Assembly: GCF_006345805.1 (NCBI RefSeq)
Contig: NC_043012.1
Coordinates: 45,322,001 to 45,386,000, forward strand
DNA length: 64,000 bases
Source: Octopus sinensis
Lineage: Eukaryota
Reading direction: 5' to 3'
Position numbers and translations under genes: made by a program. A model generated the notes under the pieces. That model did no database searches, was not told where the DNA came from, and was given only the letters and a program-made list of their open reading frames with translations. Of the stretch, positions 42,520 through 55,000 are shown in pieces (the stretch's first letter is position 1; the number at the start of each line of letters is the position of its first letter).

Positions 42520-43480
42520 CAGCCCCGCTCCTCAGTGACACTATGACACTGACGTCAATATGGGTTGCATCCCCCGATATATCGAGATGCACAACTGTTG
42601 ACTTTCCAATCTCTTTGATATTCGGCACTATTACAGTGATATCATTCACACATTATGAGAAGGTATTTCACCATTTCAGCTCGATCAGAATGCAGTTCAA
42701 CAGTTTCAAATTCTGTGACAAAGGCCGAAGATTCAGAACATACCGATAAAATAGCAGAGATAAAATCCCATGCGAGGAACAAACGTTGTTTGAAATAGGT
42801 TCGGTTCGGTTACTAGTAATTCTGATTGCCGAAAAGATGCCTATACGTGTGTAGCAATCAAGATTTTTAGATTTTGAAACCTAATCTGAAGTCGTTTGCA
42901 CTAAGGACATACCGGATAACGGGGTTCTTCCCGATCGAATCTTATAGATTGGACCAAGAACTGAAGGTGATTGTAATGTAGGTGCTTGGGATCGCACATA
43001 CCTGCGCATTCCTGACGATACTTCTGGCAAAAATTTTGTCTTCAATATTTTGGTCAAGATCTTGAATTCGCCTTCATGTAATTATAAAGCTGAAATTATC
43101 GACGACAACCTTTTCTGATTTCTGTATTCCCTTATCAGTTTTATCTGTTTTTCCTGCTGAAAGCTCGAAAATCTTTTATCCTGTTATCAGTTGCATTGAA
43201 AAACTAATAAAATCTCCGCAAGAACATCGCGTATCTATATCTACATCTCGTAACGTAGCTTCTTCAAAGCAGAATTTGCATCTGGTGGATGAGCATTCCG
43301 CTCCAACGTTAATTCAGATATCGATTTTTTTTTTCTAATCACATTTTCTTTTCTGGGCAGATCCACACCTCGTCAGTGAGGCAAAAACGCCCTTGTCACA
43401 GCTTGCCTTAAATAGTGGAAGAAAGTGCTGCAAGTAAGCTGAACACACATACCTGGAATCGTATAACATGTCTCCTCGTC
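42520..43480 (-). pseudogene. Tx1/L1-clade LINE RT relic
   Basis: ISAL*..EFKILTKIL, IVRNAQVCAIP, YVLNLRPL and CVNDITVIV (decayed YADD) across frames in the correct order. Confidence 0.6.
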
Positions 43481-43766
43481 GTCGGGTAAAACTGCATTGT
43501 ACCTTTATTGTCACGTCTTACTTCTTCAAATCCAAATGTATTGAATTATTTTATGTATTTTAGACAACGCAATCGTTGGTTTTTGCGTTAATAAATATGA
43601 GTGATTTTCACTGCCAGCACGTTGGTCGTACTTTGTTTCTTACCAATTTTGTCGTAAACTTTTCTAAATTCTATAGTTGGTAATTTAATCCTTATATTTA
43701 GAGAGATGCACATTGGTTCACAATGATCGTCTTTAGGAATGGATGGTTTCGAAAAACCCTTCTATT

Positions 43767-43802
43767 TCTTTAGCTATAGATAAGAGAGCCGGAAACGTCA
43801 CG

Positions 43803-43879
<77 letters not shown>

Positions 43880-43943
43880 TATTTGTAATAAGGTAAGTGA
43901 CATTATTATCTTTAGCTATAGATAAGAGAGCCGGAACGTCACG

Positions 43944-44012
<69 letters not shown>

Positions 44013-44045
44013 GTCTATTTGTAATAAGGTAAGTGACAATTATTC
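43767..44045. repeat. Tandem duplication of a ~140-bp unit containing (TA)n
   Basis: TCTTTAGCTATAGATAAGAGAGCCGGAA(A)CGTCACGTTA(TA)nTGTCTATTTGTAATAAGGTAAGTGACA at 43767 and 43909. Confidence 0.9.
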
Positions 44046-44250
44046 TATTGGCATAATAAAACTCCGAGTTTCGGATGTCGGGGCGGAAACCTGCACCGGC
44101 ATTTCTTCAGGCATCGAGGCTTGTTTTTTTTCATAGCATATTTTGATTGCCTCGATAACTGAAGAGATTCTGGTGCAGGTTTCCGCCCCGACATCCGAAA
44201 CTCGGGGTTTTATTATGGCAACCGAATAATTGTCACATATATTACAAATA
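44016..44250. repeat. ~105-bp imperfect inverted repeat with a 28-nt spacer; each arm has a hammerhead-like core (family D)
   Basis: Arms at 44016-44120 and 44149-44250. Right arm reads GATAA-CTGAAGA..CCGACATCC-GAA-ACTCGGGGT-T|TTATT. The reverse complement of the left arm has the same core. Confidence 0.85.
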
Positions 44251-44966
44251 AATTCCTCTATTTACATTATATCGACGTGTCTTTCATTCTTTTGTTGTCT
44301 TACCATTAATATTAATATCAATGATAATAATAATAATATATATATATATATATATTTGTAAATGTCTTTGTGTCTCCCTTTGTCCCCCAGCACCCCTTTA
44401 CAATCGGACAATCGGTATTGGTGTGATTGCGTCACTGTAACTTTGCGGTTCGGTAAATGAGTCCTCAGTGTTGACAGGACACAGAATTAACCATATTGCT
44501 ATAAGAGATACGTAATTGGTTATGTCCTTCGCTTTCCTCCAAATATTCTGTAGAAGAAAGAGATTAAGTCTGAAATGCCAAAGATACTGCAGAATTTTTA
44601 TTCCTTTTATAGATCACCAAGAAGAGACCTGAACACTGTTATCACTTTCTCTTGCGGCAACCTTAAAATGGTGATCGAAGTGAATAGTAAATTATAAAAA
44701 ATATGTATAAAGATATTATTGTTTACAATAATATCAAGTGGCAAACCATGCATTTAAAAATACCATAAGGTGACAACTTATTAATTAATAATGAAGGTTG
44801 CTTCAAATAGCACCAGCATGGCAGGTTCTACTCAATTAATGTGTATCAGGGAAAATTTGTGGTTGTAGTCGCTTTCTGGCTGTTATTTTTAGCGTTCCGG
44901 TGCTATTTGTAGCAGCCTTAATTATTAATTAATAACTTTTCGCCTTATGGTATTTTTTACGCATGC

Positions 44967-44975
44967 TACGCCACT

Positions 44976-45066
<91 letters not shown>

Positions 45067-45917
45067 TGATGATAATGCTCGTCCTTCGGGTTCGAAGATG
45101 ACCATTGACATCATTTGGTGGAATTGCTGTTATGAGACCGGAGGTGGCTTTGCGCATGATCGTGATGGTGCTAGGGAGATCTGCCTGCTTGAGAACTTCC
45201 GTGTCTGGGACTTTGTTCTGCCAGCGGATGTGACCAACGGAGTCAGGCAGGGCTGTGTCCTGGCCCCAACACTGTTCAGCATCATGTTCTCGGCAATGCT
45301 GTCCGACGCCTTCAGGGACTGCAAGTCCGGTATCGACATTAAGCACAGGACAGACGGGAAGTTTTTCAACTCCAGAAGATTGCAGGCCGTCACAAAGGTG
45401 AGGGAGACAGTCGTCAGAGACGTTCTCTTTGCTGACGACTGCGCCCTTAACGCAATCGATGACCAGGAGATGCAGCTCGGGATGGACAGGTTTTCATCAG
45501 CCTGGGACAACTTCGGTCTCACCATCAGTGCCAAGAAAACCGAAGTGATGTTTCAGCCAGCCCCCGGCAAACAATACCATGAGCCTCAGATAAAGGTGAA
45601 CGGACGGATCCTACGAGCGGTGGAAAACTTCACCTACCTGGGCAGCACTCTCTCCTGCAATGCCAACATAGATGCTGAAATCATCAACAGAATCTCCAAG
45701 GCAAGCGGCGCGTTTGGGAGACTGCGAAAGAAAGTCTGGGAGCGGAGAGGAATCAGCCTCAACACCAATCTGAAAGTCTACCGGGTTTACCACCCTACTA
45801 TACGGCTGCGAGACGTGGACTGCTTACCGAAGGCACGAGCGCCAGATAAACCACTTCCACCTCAGGTGTCTTCGGAACCTCCTTCACATCCGCTGGCAGG
45901 ACAAAGTACGCCACTTA
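44967..45917 (-). mobile_element. RTE-BovB-like LINE insertion with 11-bp TSD and 5' inversion
   Basis: TSD TACGCCACTTA at 44967-44977 and 45907-45917. Minus-strand 3' end and (ATC/ATT)n tail at 44978-45230. Inverted RT segment (VTNGVRQGCVLAPTLF, VLFADDCAL, FTYLGS) on the plus strand at 45231-45907. Confidence 0.9.
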
Positions 45918-46063
45918 ATATTATTCTAAACAACAATATCCTTATGTATATTTTTATAATTTATTATTCACTTCCCTCACCTTTTTAAATTTGCCGCGGT
46001 ATTAAAAACGGTCATTGCGCACATTGTTTGAGATGGGCAGGTTCTATGACCCCCGAGTCATTA

Positions 46064-46132
46064 AGATTCGCTGATGAGAACAAAGTGACAGCTTCGCAAA
46101 GTTCGAAATCCTGACAATACGGGTATGTCTGG
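46064..46132 (+). ncRNA. Hammerhead-like motif, family E (stem I degenerate)
   Basis: CTGATGA(46071)-GAAC..GTTC-GAA-ATCC TGACAATAC GGGT-A|TGTCT. Intact core and stems II and III; stem I has only about 2 pairs. Confidence 0.55.
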
Positions 46133-46390
46133 CTTTTCAATTTACGATTCTTTTCATTATTGTTACGGGGACTTTGAATTTCTGCTCATTAATGTGTATC
46201 TGTGAAGATTTGTGGTTGTAGTCGCTTTCATACTGCTATTTTTAGCGTTCTGGTGCTATTTGTAGCATCCTTAATTATTAATTAATAAGTTTTCACCTTA
46301 TGGTACTTTTTACGCATGCTATACCACTTGATACATACATACATACATACATAATACATACATACATACATACATACATACATACATACA

Positions 46391-46421
<31 letters not shown>

Positions 46422-46436
46422 GTGTATATATACATA

Positions 46437-46478
<42 letters not shown>

Positions 46479-46654
46479 AGAAAATTAATTGTTATCGCCA
46501 TATTAATATGGCATTCTTATAGATATAAGAATAATCGCTGCCGCTGGTCAGCTCCATGAGGCCACCGCCATCAAGATAGCTATTGATACACGATCTGTAT
46601 CCATTATAACCTTCGAACAAGGGAGGTCAGCCGCTTCACACTGCCAGTCCGACA

Positions 46655-46696
46655 GCTACAGACGCGTTTCGGGGTATTGCCCCTTGTCAATGTAGC
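46655..46696 (-). ncRNA. Minimal type I hammerhead ribozyme, family F, U3-A8 variant, copy 1
   Basis: Minus strand reads GCTACA-TTGACAA-GGGG CAATA CCCC-GAA-ACGCGT-C|TGTAGC. Stem I extends about 13 bp beyond a bulge (46641-46712). Confidence 0.88.
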
Positions 46697-47018
46697 GCAG
46701 TCAGACCCGCAGGCGTCGCCACTGACGTCTCTGTTCGAAGGTTTCTATTTACCTAGTTTCAGTGGAATACATCCACTTGTTTTCAATAATAGAAATATTA
46801 AAATTACTAAGTCTCTATAAAAGAGATTACGGCAGCGTTTACTGGAAATTAATTGTTATCGCCATATTAATATGGCATTCTTATAGATGTAAGAATAATC
46901 GCTGCCGCTGGTCAGCTCCATGAGGCCACCGCCATCAAGATAGCTATTGATACACGATCTGTATCCATTATAACGTTCGAACAAAGGAGGTCAGCCGCTT
47001 CACACTGTCAGCCCGACA

Positions 47019-47060
47019 GCTACAGACGCGTTTCGGGGTATTGCCCCTTGTCAATGTAGC
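47019..47060 (-). ncRNA. Minimal type I hammerhead ribozyme, family F, U3-A8 variant, copy 2
   Basis: 42-nt core identical to 46655-46696. Confidence 0.88.
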
Positions 47061-47227
47061 GCAGTCAGACCCGCAGGCGTCGCCACTGACGTCTCTGTTC
47101 GAAGGTTTCTATTTACCTAGTTTCAGTGGAATACATCCACTTGTTTTCAATAATTGAAATATTAAAATTACTAAGTCTCTATAAATCTACAGGTTTTTTT
47201 CGTTCTCTCTGAGTTTAATTTTCTTAT

Positions 47228-47266
47228 TCCTTTCTGTTGATGAGCATAGGTTCGAAACGTAAAAGA
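47228..47266 (+). ncRNA. Degenerate hammerhead relic typical of PLE ends
   Basis: CCTTT-CTGTTGAT-GAGC ATAG GTTC-GAAACGT-A|AAAG. The core has an extra or altered base. Confidence 0.4.
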
Positions 47267-47374
47267 CTTTTTCATTTTCCCTAGGGTCAATCGAATATAC
47301 TTGGTTGTTGTTCATACACCTGTTTTCGTCGTTTGTTTTTCTATAATAAATTTCAACTATATACATAATATTAT

Positions 47375-47478
<104 letters not shown>

Positions 47479-47479
47479 A

Positions 47480-47518
<39 letters not shown>

Positions 47519-50479
47519 ATACGGAAAAATGCATGTATGTGTGTTTACAATTGTGTATGAGTGTGTGAGTTTTAACGTGTATGTGCTCAAAGGTGGTCGT
47601 TGGCAGAATCATTAAATTATCGGGTAATATTGCGATATTTCGCCTGGTGCTTTTGTGTTGTGATATAACTTCGAGGTTTTCTTTGACTCTGATAATTTCC
47701 ATGTGGATAATAACACTAATCAGTTCAAGTGAAGTTCTGGATTCGATTAATTCAACTAATCAGAAACTGGAATTCTGGAGGCAGTCCGGCAGTTTCTTTA
47801 ACTTATTTCTAGTAACATTTCTCTTGCCAAAATTTGTTGGCACTTACTTTTTCTCTTGGACAATAATGGTGGCTTCCATTGTATGGAAGATCATCAGTTA
47901 TTCTGAATAGGTAAATGATGATCTTCCTTACCCAGGATTGCATCCTAGAGAAGACATCGCAATTTTGTGAACGGATTCTTTGATATAGAGATAGATATAA
48001 ATTGTTACCAAACAAGATCTCTGTCGCTATAACACTGCACTCTAACCTACTAACGAAAACTAAATATAAAACTGGCAAAATTGAGTGACCGCTTTATTTA
48101 AATATTGAATTCTTTACCAATTGATATTTTTCCGGGCCTCCGACGGGGTGGGAGGAATGAATGATGCTGTATGCAAACTTGAGACCTAAACCTGGATATT
48201 TGCAACAAATTCAACTTTTCTATCTAAAAGCATTCAAGAGTCTAGTCGTAGCATTTTAAATGGTGATAGATGCTATCTCCCAGACTTGTATCAAGTACCG
48301 CAAGGGGATTCGTTTGACAATCGAACAGTTCCACCACTTCGCTAACATGTATTGCTTCACCAAAAGGTGAAAGACAATTGAGACCTTGGTGGCAGTTGAA
48401 CTTGGAAAACCGAAATAGAGCGAGACAATCTGCATACACTTTAATAACTCTGACAATTCGCCATGCGATCGAAGATGTGTGGAATTCTGTTTTTAAAACG
48501 CATCGGTAGAACTTAAGATTGTGTCATAGCTTTTCAAGTTAGTTCAGTAAATATGGAAACGTTTCAATAATTCATGTGTAGGCAATAATTAGTAGTTCAA
48601 CGAGAGTGTTGTATCATCATGCTATAGAAAAAATATTTGTTTGAAGAAAAAACACCGAAACAATAAATTGGCCTATCTATAAAGTGTATAATAACCACTA
48701 AATATAACAATGTGTCGGTTATGTAAAGGAAAAGAGCTTGATGTAAAAAAAAATGTTTAGATAAGCTGAAGAGAAACTAGTGATCTTCTGAGAATACAAA
48801 AACCTAAAATGAAACAAAAACATTCGTCAAACAAAGAAATAAAATTGCCAAGTAAATCAATAGAGAGATAGGATGTTTAAAAGGCAGGAGGATAAGGAAA
48901 AGGAAAAATGAGAAAATGAGATAATAGAACAGAGTGAAAGAAGAGAAAAAGGAGATATAGGAGAGAGGTACTATCCGCAATAGAAGGAGCGAGTGAAAAG
49001 AAAGGTAGAGTGAACAAGAGAGAGAAATCGGAGAAAGTGTATGATCGTGTAAAGTTTCTCTTGTTATCAGTTGCTTTATGTTAGTGTGTGCCTGGATGGT
49101 TGTGTGTATACGAATGTGATTGACACTACGGATGTGTGTTTGTGAAATTAAGTGATGTTCAAAGAGATAAGGATAAACAGGAAAGATGAAAAAAACGATA
49201 CAGCTATTCATGCCGATGATGCTAATCGAAATGGACCGATATTTTATATTCTAGGTATCGATGTTAATAAAGACGTAGATGGATTTGATGCACCAGTCCA
49301 GCACTGGAATATATTATATTGCAGTAGAAATTCATATAAACTCGTTAAAATTCTACGCACACTTTCATTTTTATCCGATTACATTGATGCTAGCTTTCTT
49401 TCTCTTATTACACATGAAGTAAAGAGTTCTACTACAAATATGGTATCACGTATTTAAGTACGTGTAAAGCACATTGGTATAATTATCTTGACAACATGTT
49501 GCTAATAAATATACGTTTCTTGGTTGTTTTTTAATCACACTTTGCTATATATTTCGTTCCGTTACAGGTACAGTATATTGTGCTCATATATTATGTGATT
49601 TTAGCACCGTGACTATTGGGGCAGAAATAATCTTTGTTCCCTTCTAATGTATAACCCCTTAAAGAAAAGTCTCTCTGAATAATGCACTCACATTAGATAA
49701 TGTTCTAACCTTAAAGTAACCTTAATATTCAAACTCCTTTTTACCATTTATATTCAGAAAAAAAAAATTCACTTTATGCATTTATCCTATTTCATTTAGT
49801 GGCATATTATCGAAATTACGTCTCTTCTTGCAGGATTTCTCGCTGGACTTAGCTTGCTATCAATCACTGGAATATTCACTAACATTTATAGACCGTAATG
49901 ATCCGTTATTCACTTGTATTCACTTGTCGGGGCCCCTGAACATACTCTTTCGTAATGACATTAGCGACGTAAGTGAAGTAAATGAGTCTCGTTTGGGAAC
50001 CGAAGACATTTTGGTCTATATTCTTGGCTATAGAGAAACATTAGTGATATTAATGTTGATTTCACTTGGAAGTGATTGAAGTAGAAGCAAAATTATCATG
50101 GGATCTAGGCATGCAATTAATTTTAAATCCAGTTGAGGACTTTTTCTACAAATTGTGTTACTATTAACTAGGGAAGGATATAAACAATCTTCACAATATT
50201 CATATCTTTACATTACTATGGGAAGAAAACAAAATTATTTCCACATACACGGAAATGCATAGTCCAGAGGTAAGGTACAAAATCACGGACGGAGTAAGCC
50301 GTAAAAACGCCGTAAAAACGCAATTTGGCACATATAATATCCAAGTATATTATAAACACTTGTTACAATCGGGTGGAGAGCACATCGGCAAAAAAATCTG
50401 TAGGATATGCGAGTGTACCATTCTTAGACTGGCACTTTTCTTCCCTGTCATTTAGAATTTAAGTTTATCATAAATAAAT

Positions 50480-50761
50480 ATTTTTAAATTGTTTACAGGC
50501 ATATTGGGGCACCACCTTGAAGAATCTTACTCGAGCGAATCGATCCCATTACCAACTTTTGATTTTGTGCCTAGTACTTTTTCCATCAGTCTCTTTGTTT
50601 CAGAACCGCTAAAAGACGTGAACTTAAACAAATCAACACCGTATGTCAATCGGTGGTGGGGTACAAACACCGAGGTGCAAAAATAGACACACACACGAAC
50701 ACACACACGCATGTACACACACACGCACACACACACACAACACACACACACACAACACACA

Positions 50762-50792
<31 letters not shown>

Positions 50793-50946
50793 TACATACA
50801 TATGCGACGGTCTTTCAGTGTCCTTCTACGGAATCCAACTCAGAAATCTTTGGTTGGCTCGGGGCTATAGTAGGAAACACGTAGTGGGACTGAATCCGGA
50901 ACCACGTATTTTGGGACGCAAGATTCTTACCACACAGCCACACCTG
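50480..50946 (-). mobile_element. Decayed tRNA-derived SINE copy
   Basis: Collinear homology to 24464-24874. Confidence 0.75.
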
Positions 50947-51111
50947 TTCGTGATAAATCTTTCATAAAAAGTGAGTTAAAATACTATTATGATATGATAC
51001 GTCAAAGGACTATTAACATATGTAGCAGAGAAAATAAATGCCGTTCCTTGCCCCTAAATGCTGCATGCAGCTTTGGTTGCATGCATGTATTATATATGTA
51101 CATACACCCCA

Positions 51112-51147
<36 letters not shown>

Positions 51148-52569
51148 TTTAATATTCTATGGTATGGATTTTATTTTACGATTGTTGCATGTGCGAGTGT
51201 AAGTGTGGATAAATGATGCATCTTTAACTATTTATGCACATGATTGCTCATGAATAAAATTGAAACATAAGAAAAATCAAAACAGTATAATGTGCATAAT
51301 GAATTTAAGCATATTGTTTCAGGTGAAAGCAATTATCAGCGAAACAGATCTTGCGCATGTTGCTTATTACTAATTAAAACAACAGAGGGGAGTTTTTCAT
51401 AATATCACTCAGCGACGCTTCAAGCAACAAAAGAATCGTTAACATTAATTACAATCCATGCGCAGGCAGATCTAAATGAATAAAAAAGGTCATATATGCA
51501 AACATTACAATACATGTGTGTGTCTAGTGTGTGTATGTGCGCGTGTGAATCTGTGTGTGTTTTTGGTTCCGTGGATATGCTTATCAACGATGCACGAACA
51601 AACTCACCCCAACGCACACCACACTCCTACGCACATGTATATTATGTTGCTGGAAAGTCCTATTAGCGTTAATAACAACTTGTTAACAACTGCGGTCAGG
51701 AAGGATATTTAATGACCGTTTCCTAATTTCTTCTCACTAGTTCTCCCTCACAGCTTCCACATCATCCTCAAAGCGTGCTCGCTCTCCTCAATATATTCAT
51801 TGACCCCCACCACCCTTATTCTGTACAGATTTACAATGTCGTGTCGAAGCGAGCTAGGACACCACGTCTTTGGAAAACTCCGAGTTTGAATTCTAAATGA
51901 TCCAGCTAAACCGTTTGCGAAAAGTCTGGGCAGTATTGGAAGTAAGATTAAAATATTAGCTATTATAAAACGCCGTCACAGGGTAGGACGCCCTAGAAAG
52001 ACTTAACCTGCCTGTAGACACCAAAGCAATTCTCTCTCTCCTCTCTCGATTGCAAAACAATTAACGCTAAACGAAGAAAAGTAAAATCAAAATGGGAAAG
52101 AAAAACACTCATTCCTTAAATTTCTTACAGACTAATTATATTTCATACCTAAAAAAATATTTTCCTTTCATAAAATGTTTAATTAAAGGTCTCATTTCAT
52201 AAAATGTATATTTGATATATTTCAGTTTATGTCGTGTAGGTAGTTTCCAAACCGTATAAAATAGTACTAGCACCGACAAGAAATTTTAAGAAATTCGGAA
52301 TAAGAAAAATAACAAAATCACATGTGTGTATTCTATAAAACTTTTTCTTTATTATAAACCAAATCTCACCATCAAATGAGTAGTAACCCATTTCAGCTCT
52401 TTCCTTTCAAACGATATGGCAACTCTGGAAGAGGAATGCATAAATGCAATTCGTTTGGGGGAAACAACGGAATCGGGGTCACAAGCGTAATTACCTGAGG
52501 TCACTAGATCTGAATGTAATAATCATCAGCAAGAACAGGTTTTCCAAAATTCGCACCTCAGCACCCAAT

Positions 52570-53330
52570 TTTGTCGAGATCTTCCCAGACCGATGTGGTG
52601 GCGGCGTGGATTAGCAGCGCTGTTTTGGAAAGGCCTGTGTCTTGAGATATTTTAGCTCTTTCTGGAGGGTAAGGTGGTAGTACGAGTTGCCGTCTATGTC
52701 TTGATGGGGTCAGGGCGACGAAATTTCTTCATCTGTCTGAACGCAGTCATGGTAACGTCCCAGGTGACTGGAAGACCATCTAGGATACCACTTTGGATTA
52801 TATAAAGCTAACTTTTTCTAGACTCCGACACCGCCACTCACTGCGGTTTGTGCTCATACCACATCTTGCCCCACTTTTCGCACAGTTTCCAATGTAGCAC
52901 TTTCTCTACATGGTCGTATCGGCAGAACTTGCAGTGGTTTCAGGCAAGTCTAGGGCATTCGTTTGTGATATGGGCAATGGTTTCAGCCACCGCATATGCG
53001 GCACAGCGGAGACATTTGCTCAATCCTAAGGTTGATCCTCCAGTTCGTGGCCAAAGCTTGGTCTTATTTTGCCAATATAGTGCTCTCTTCTGTTTTTTTT
53101 AGGGTTCCTTTCATTAGCCAATCCCACCTATTTTTTCGAGCAATTTCTGTTGTGGCCATATTTGATTGTGGCTATAATTCATTATGTTGTCCCGTTTTGC
53201 GTAATTTTTCTATCTGTCCTTTTTGCACTTCTTTCGCTTTTTCCCTTTTTCTCTGCTTTCAATACTCCTTCATTCCTAACTGTCACCGGTAAGTTTTCCT
53301 TACTTTGGCAAGGTGTTGTAAGTAATAATA
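52570..53330 (-). mobile_element. R4/Dong-like LINE 3' relic (CCHC knuckle + RLE)
   Basis: CLRCAAYAVAETIAHITNECPRLA..RYDHVEKVLHWKLCEK; abuts (TAA/ATT)n at 53320-53475. Confidence 0.75.
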
Positions 53331-53393
53331 ATAACGACGACAACAACAATAATAATAATAATAATGATTATTATCGTTATTATTATTATTATA

Positions 53394-53447
<54 letters not shown>

Positions 53448-54385
53448 GTTATTATTATTATTATTATTATTATTTCCCCAAGGTTCTTTTGCGTTTCAGT
53501 CATTCGTGATCGATAAAATAAATACCAGCTGAACAACGGTATTTCAGTATAACATACTCCAGAAATTTCAGGTCTTGTGATAGTAGAGAGAAGTATTATT
53601 GCTATTGTCGATGCTGGTCTTGCTGCTGATGTTTCAAAAACACCTCCCAGAACAGAGAACAAGCCACACGCTTTCTTCTTTTTTTTTTTTGTAAAACGGA
53701 AATTGGAGGAGTCTTTCTGGTTCTCCGACATGCGTCATCTTCGGGTTGGATTGAACGCAGATTCGATTGCTCAATACCTTAAGTCTATAGGCATACATTT
53801 GATAGCTATGAAGAAACCAGAATTTCAATAATACGCATACATACACTGATCTGAAAAATGAGTATATATTTGCATAAATTCGGTGGCGAAACGGAGTGAA
53901 CAATATTCATGAGTCCAAATCAAGACCAGAACCTAAGTGCACAGCAGTTATACCCCAGAAAAAAAGTAATAAACCCTGTTCTCTAAGAATGATGATTAGT
54001 ATTTTTATAAACAAGGAAGGGCCGAGTGTGTTGGTATTTTACAGAAAATAAAAGAAGGAAGCGTCGAACGCAGGATAGTTTCGAAAACAGGTTTGAAGTT
54101 AGGGTAAATATTTTTATAAGACGGGAAAAGTTGGTCAGCAAATATTAGATTGTCAAATTATTCTTAATTTCTTGAAAGACTCCCAAGTTTTCATTAACGG
54201 TTGCTAACAATTAGAGCCGTGGTTTTTTCTTTCCTCTCTATGCACCGTGGAATTTCATTAAATTAAAATCTTATCGCATACACGTACAAACACGCGAAGC
54301 ACACACAAAAATAAATTCACATGCATGTACAAACACGCACTATATATATCAGAGTATAGATACATCCCTCTAAATAGTTGTTTAT

Positions 54386-54432
<47 letters not shown>

Positions 54433-54441
54433 CACACACAA

Positions 54442-54486
<45 letters not shown>

Positions 54487-54734
54487 GTATGCATGTATGC
54501 ATGTGTGGGTATCCGTGCGTGTACTTATCTACATTGATGCACATATAGGGTATTTAATCATGTATATTCGGAACCTTGATTGGCTGACGTCATACTTTGT
54601 ACATATATTGATATATTTGAATATATCCAAACCTAACTTTACTGCATACATTGAACAGTTGCATCCTTGTAAATATAAAACTCACACAGATATAGACGCC
54701 CCCGTACATAAATACAAATATAAATATATATATA

Positions 54735-54806
<72 letters not shown>

Positions 54807-54919
54807 GAAAGCATTTTCAGGATTTTCTTTATGTCACTGCAATCATAAATATTCATCCCAAAATTCTCGTCAGAAATCCCTGTACAATATATGTATGCAT
54901 GCATGTATGTATGTATGCA

Positions 54920-55000
<81 letters not shown>

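Larger units (their letters stand above)
44817..46329 (+). mobile_element. Partial tandem of a ~416-bp unit (HHR-like family E) split by the RTE insertion
   Basis: 44831-44977 repeats at 46187-46329; the spacing of 1356 minus the 940-bp insertion gives 416. The first copy lacks 46047-46183. Confidence 0.7.
46482..47185 (-). mobile_element. Tandem array of 364-bp HHR-containing units (retrozyme-like), 1.9 copies
   Basis: Period 364 (46482/46846; 46655/47019; 46821/47185), about 6 substitutions between copies, preceded by (TA)n. Confidence 0.87.

Noticed and set aside
47560-48560. Possible decayed LINE (KAPG-like motif on the minus strand)
   Set aside because: A single weak motif with many stops; could not be assigned.
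49560-49900. Plus-strand acceptor-like sites and a short hydrophobic frame (FLAGLSLLSITGIF)
   Set aside because: No matching donors or recognisable homology; consistent with chance in AT-rich DNA.
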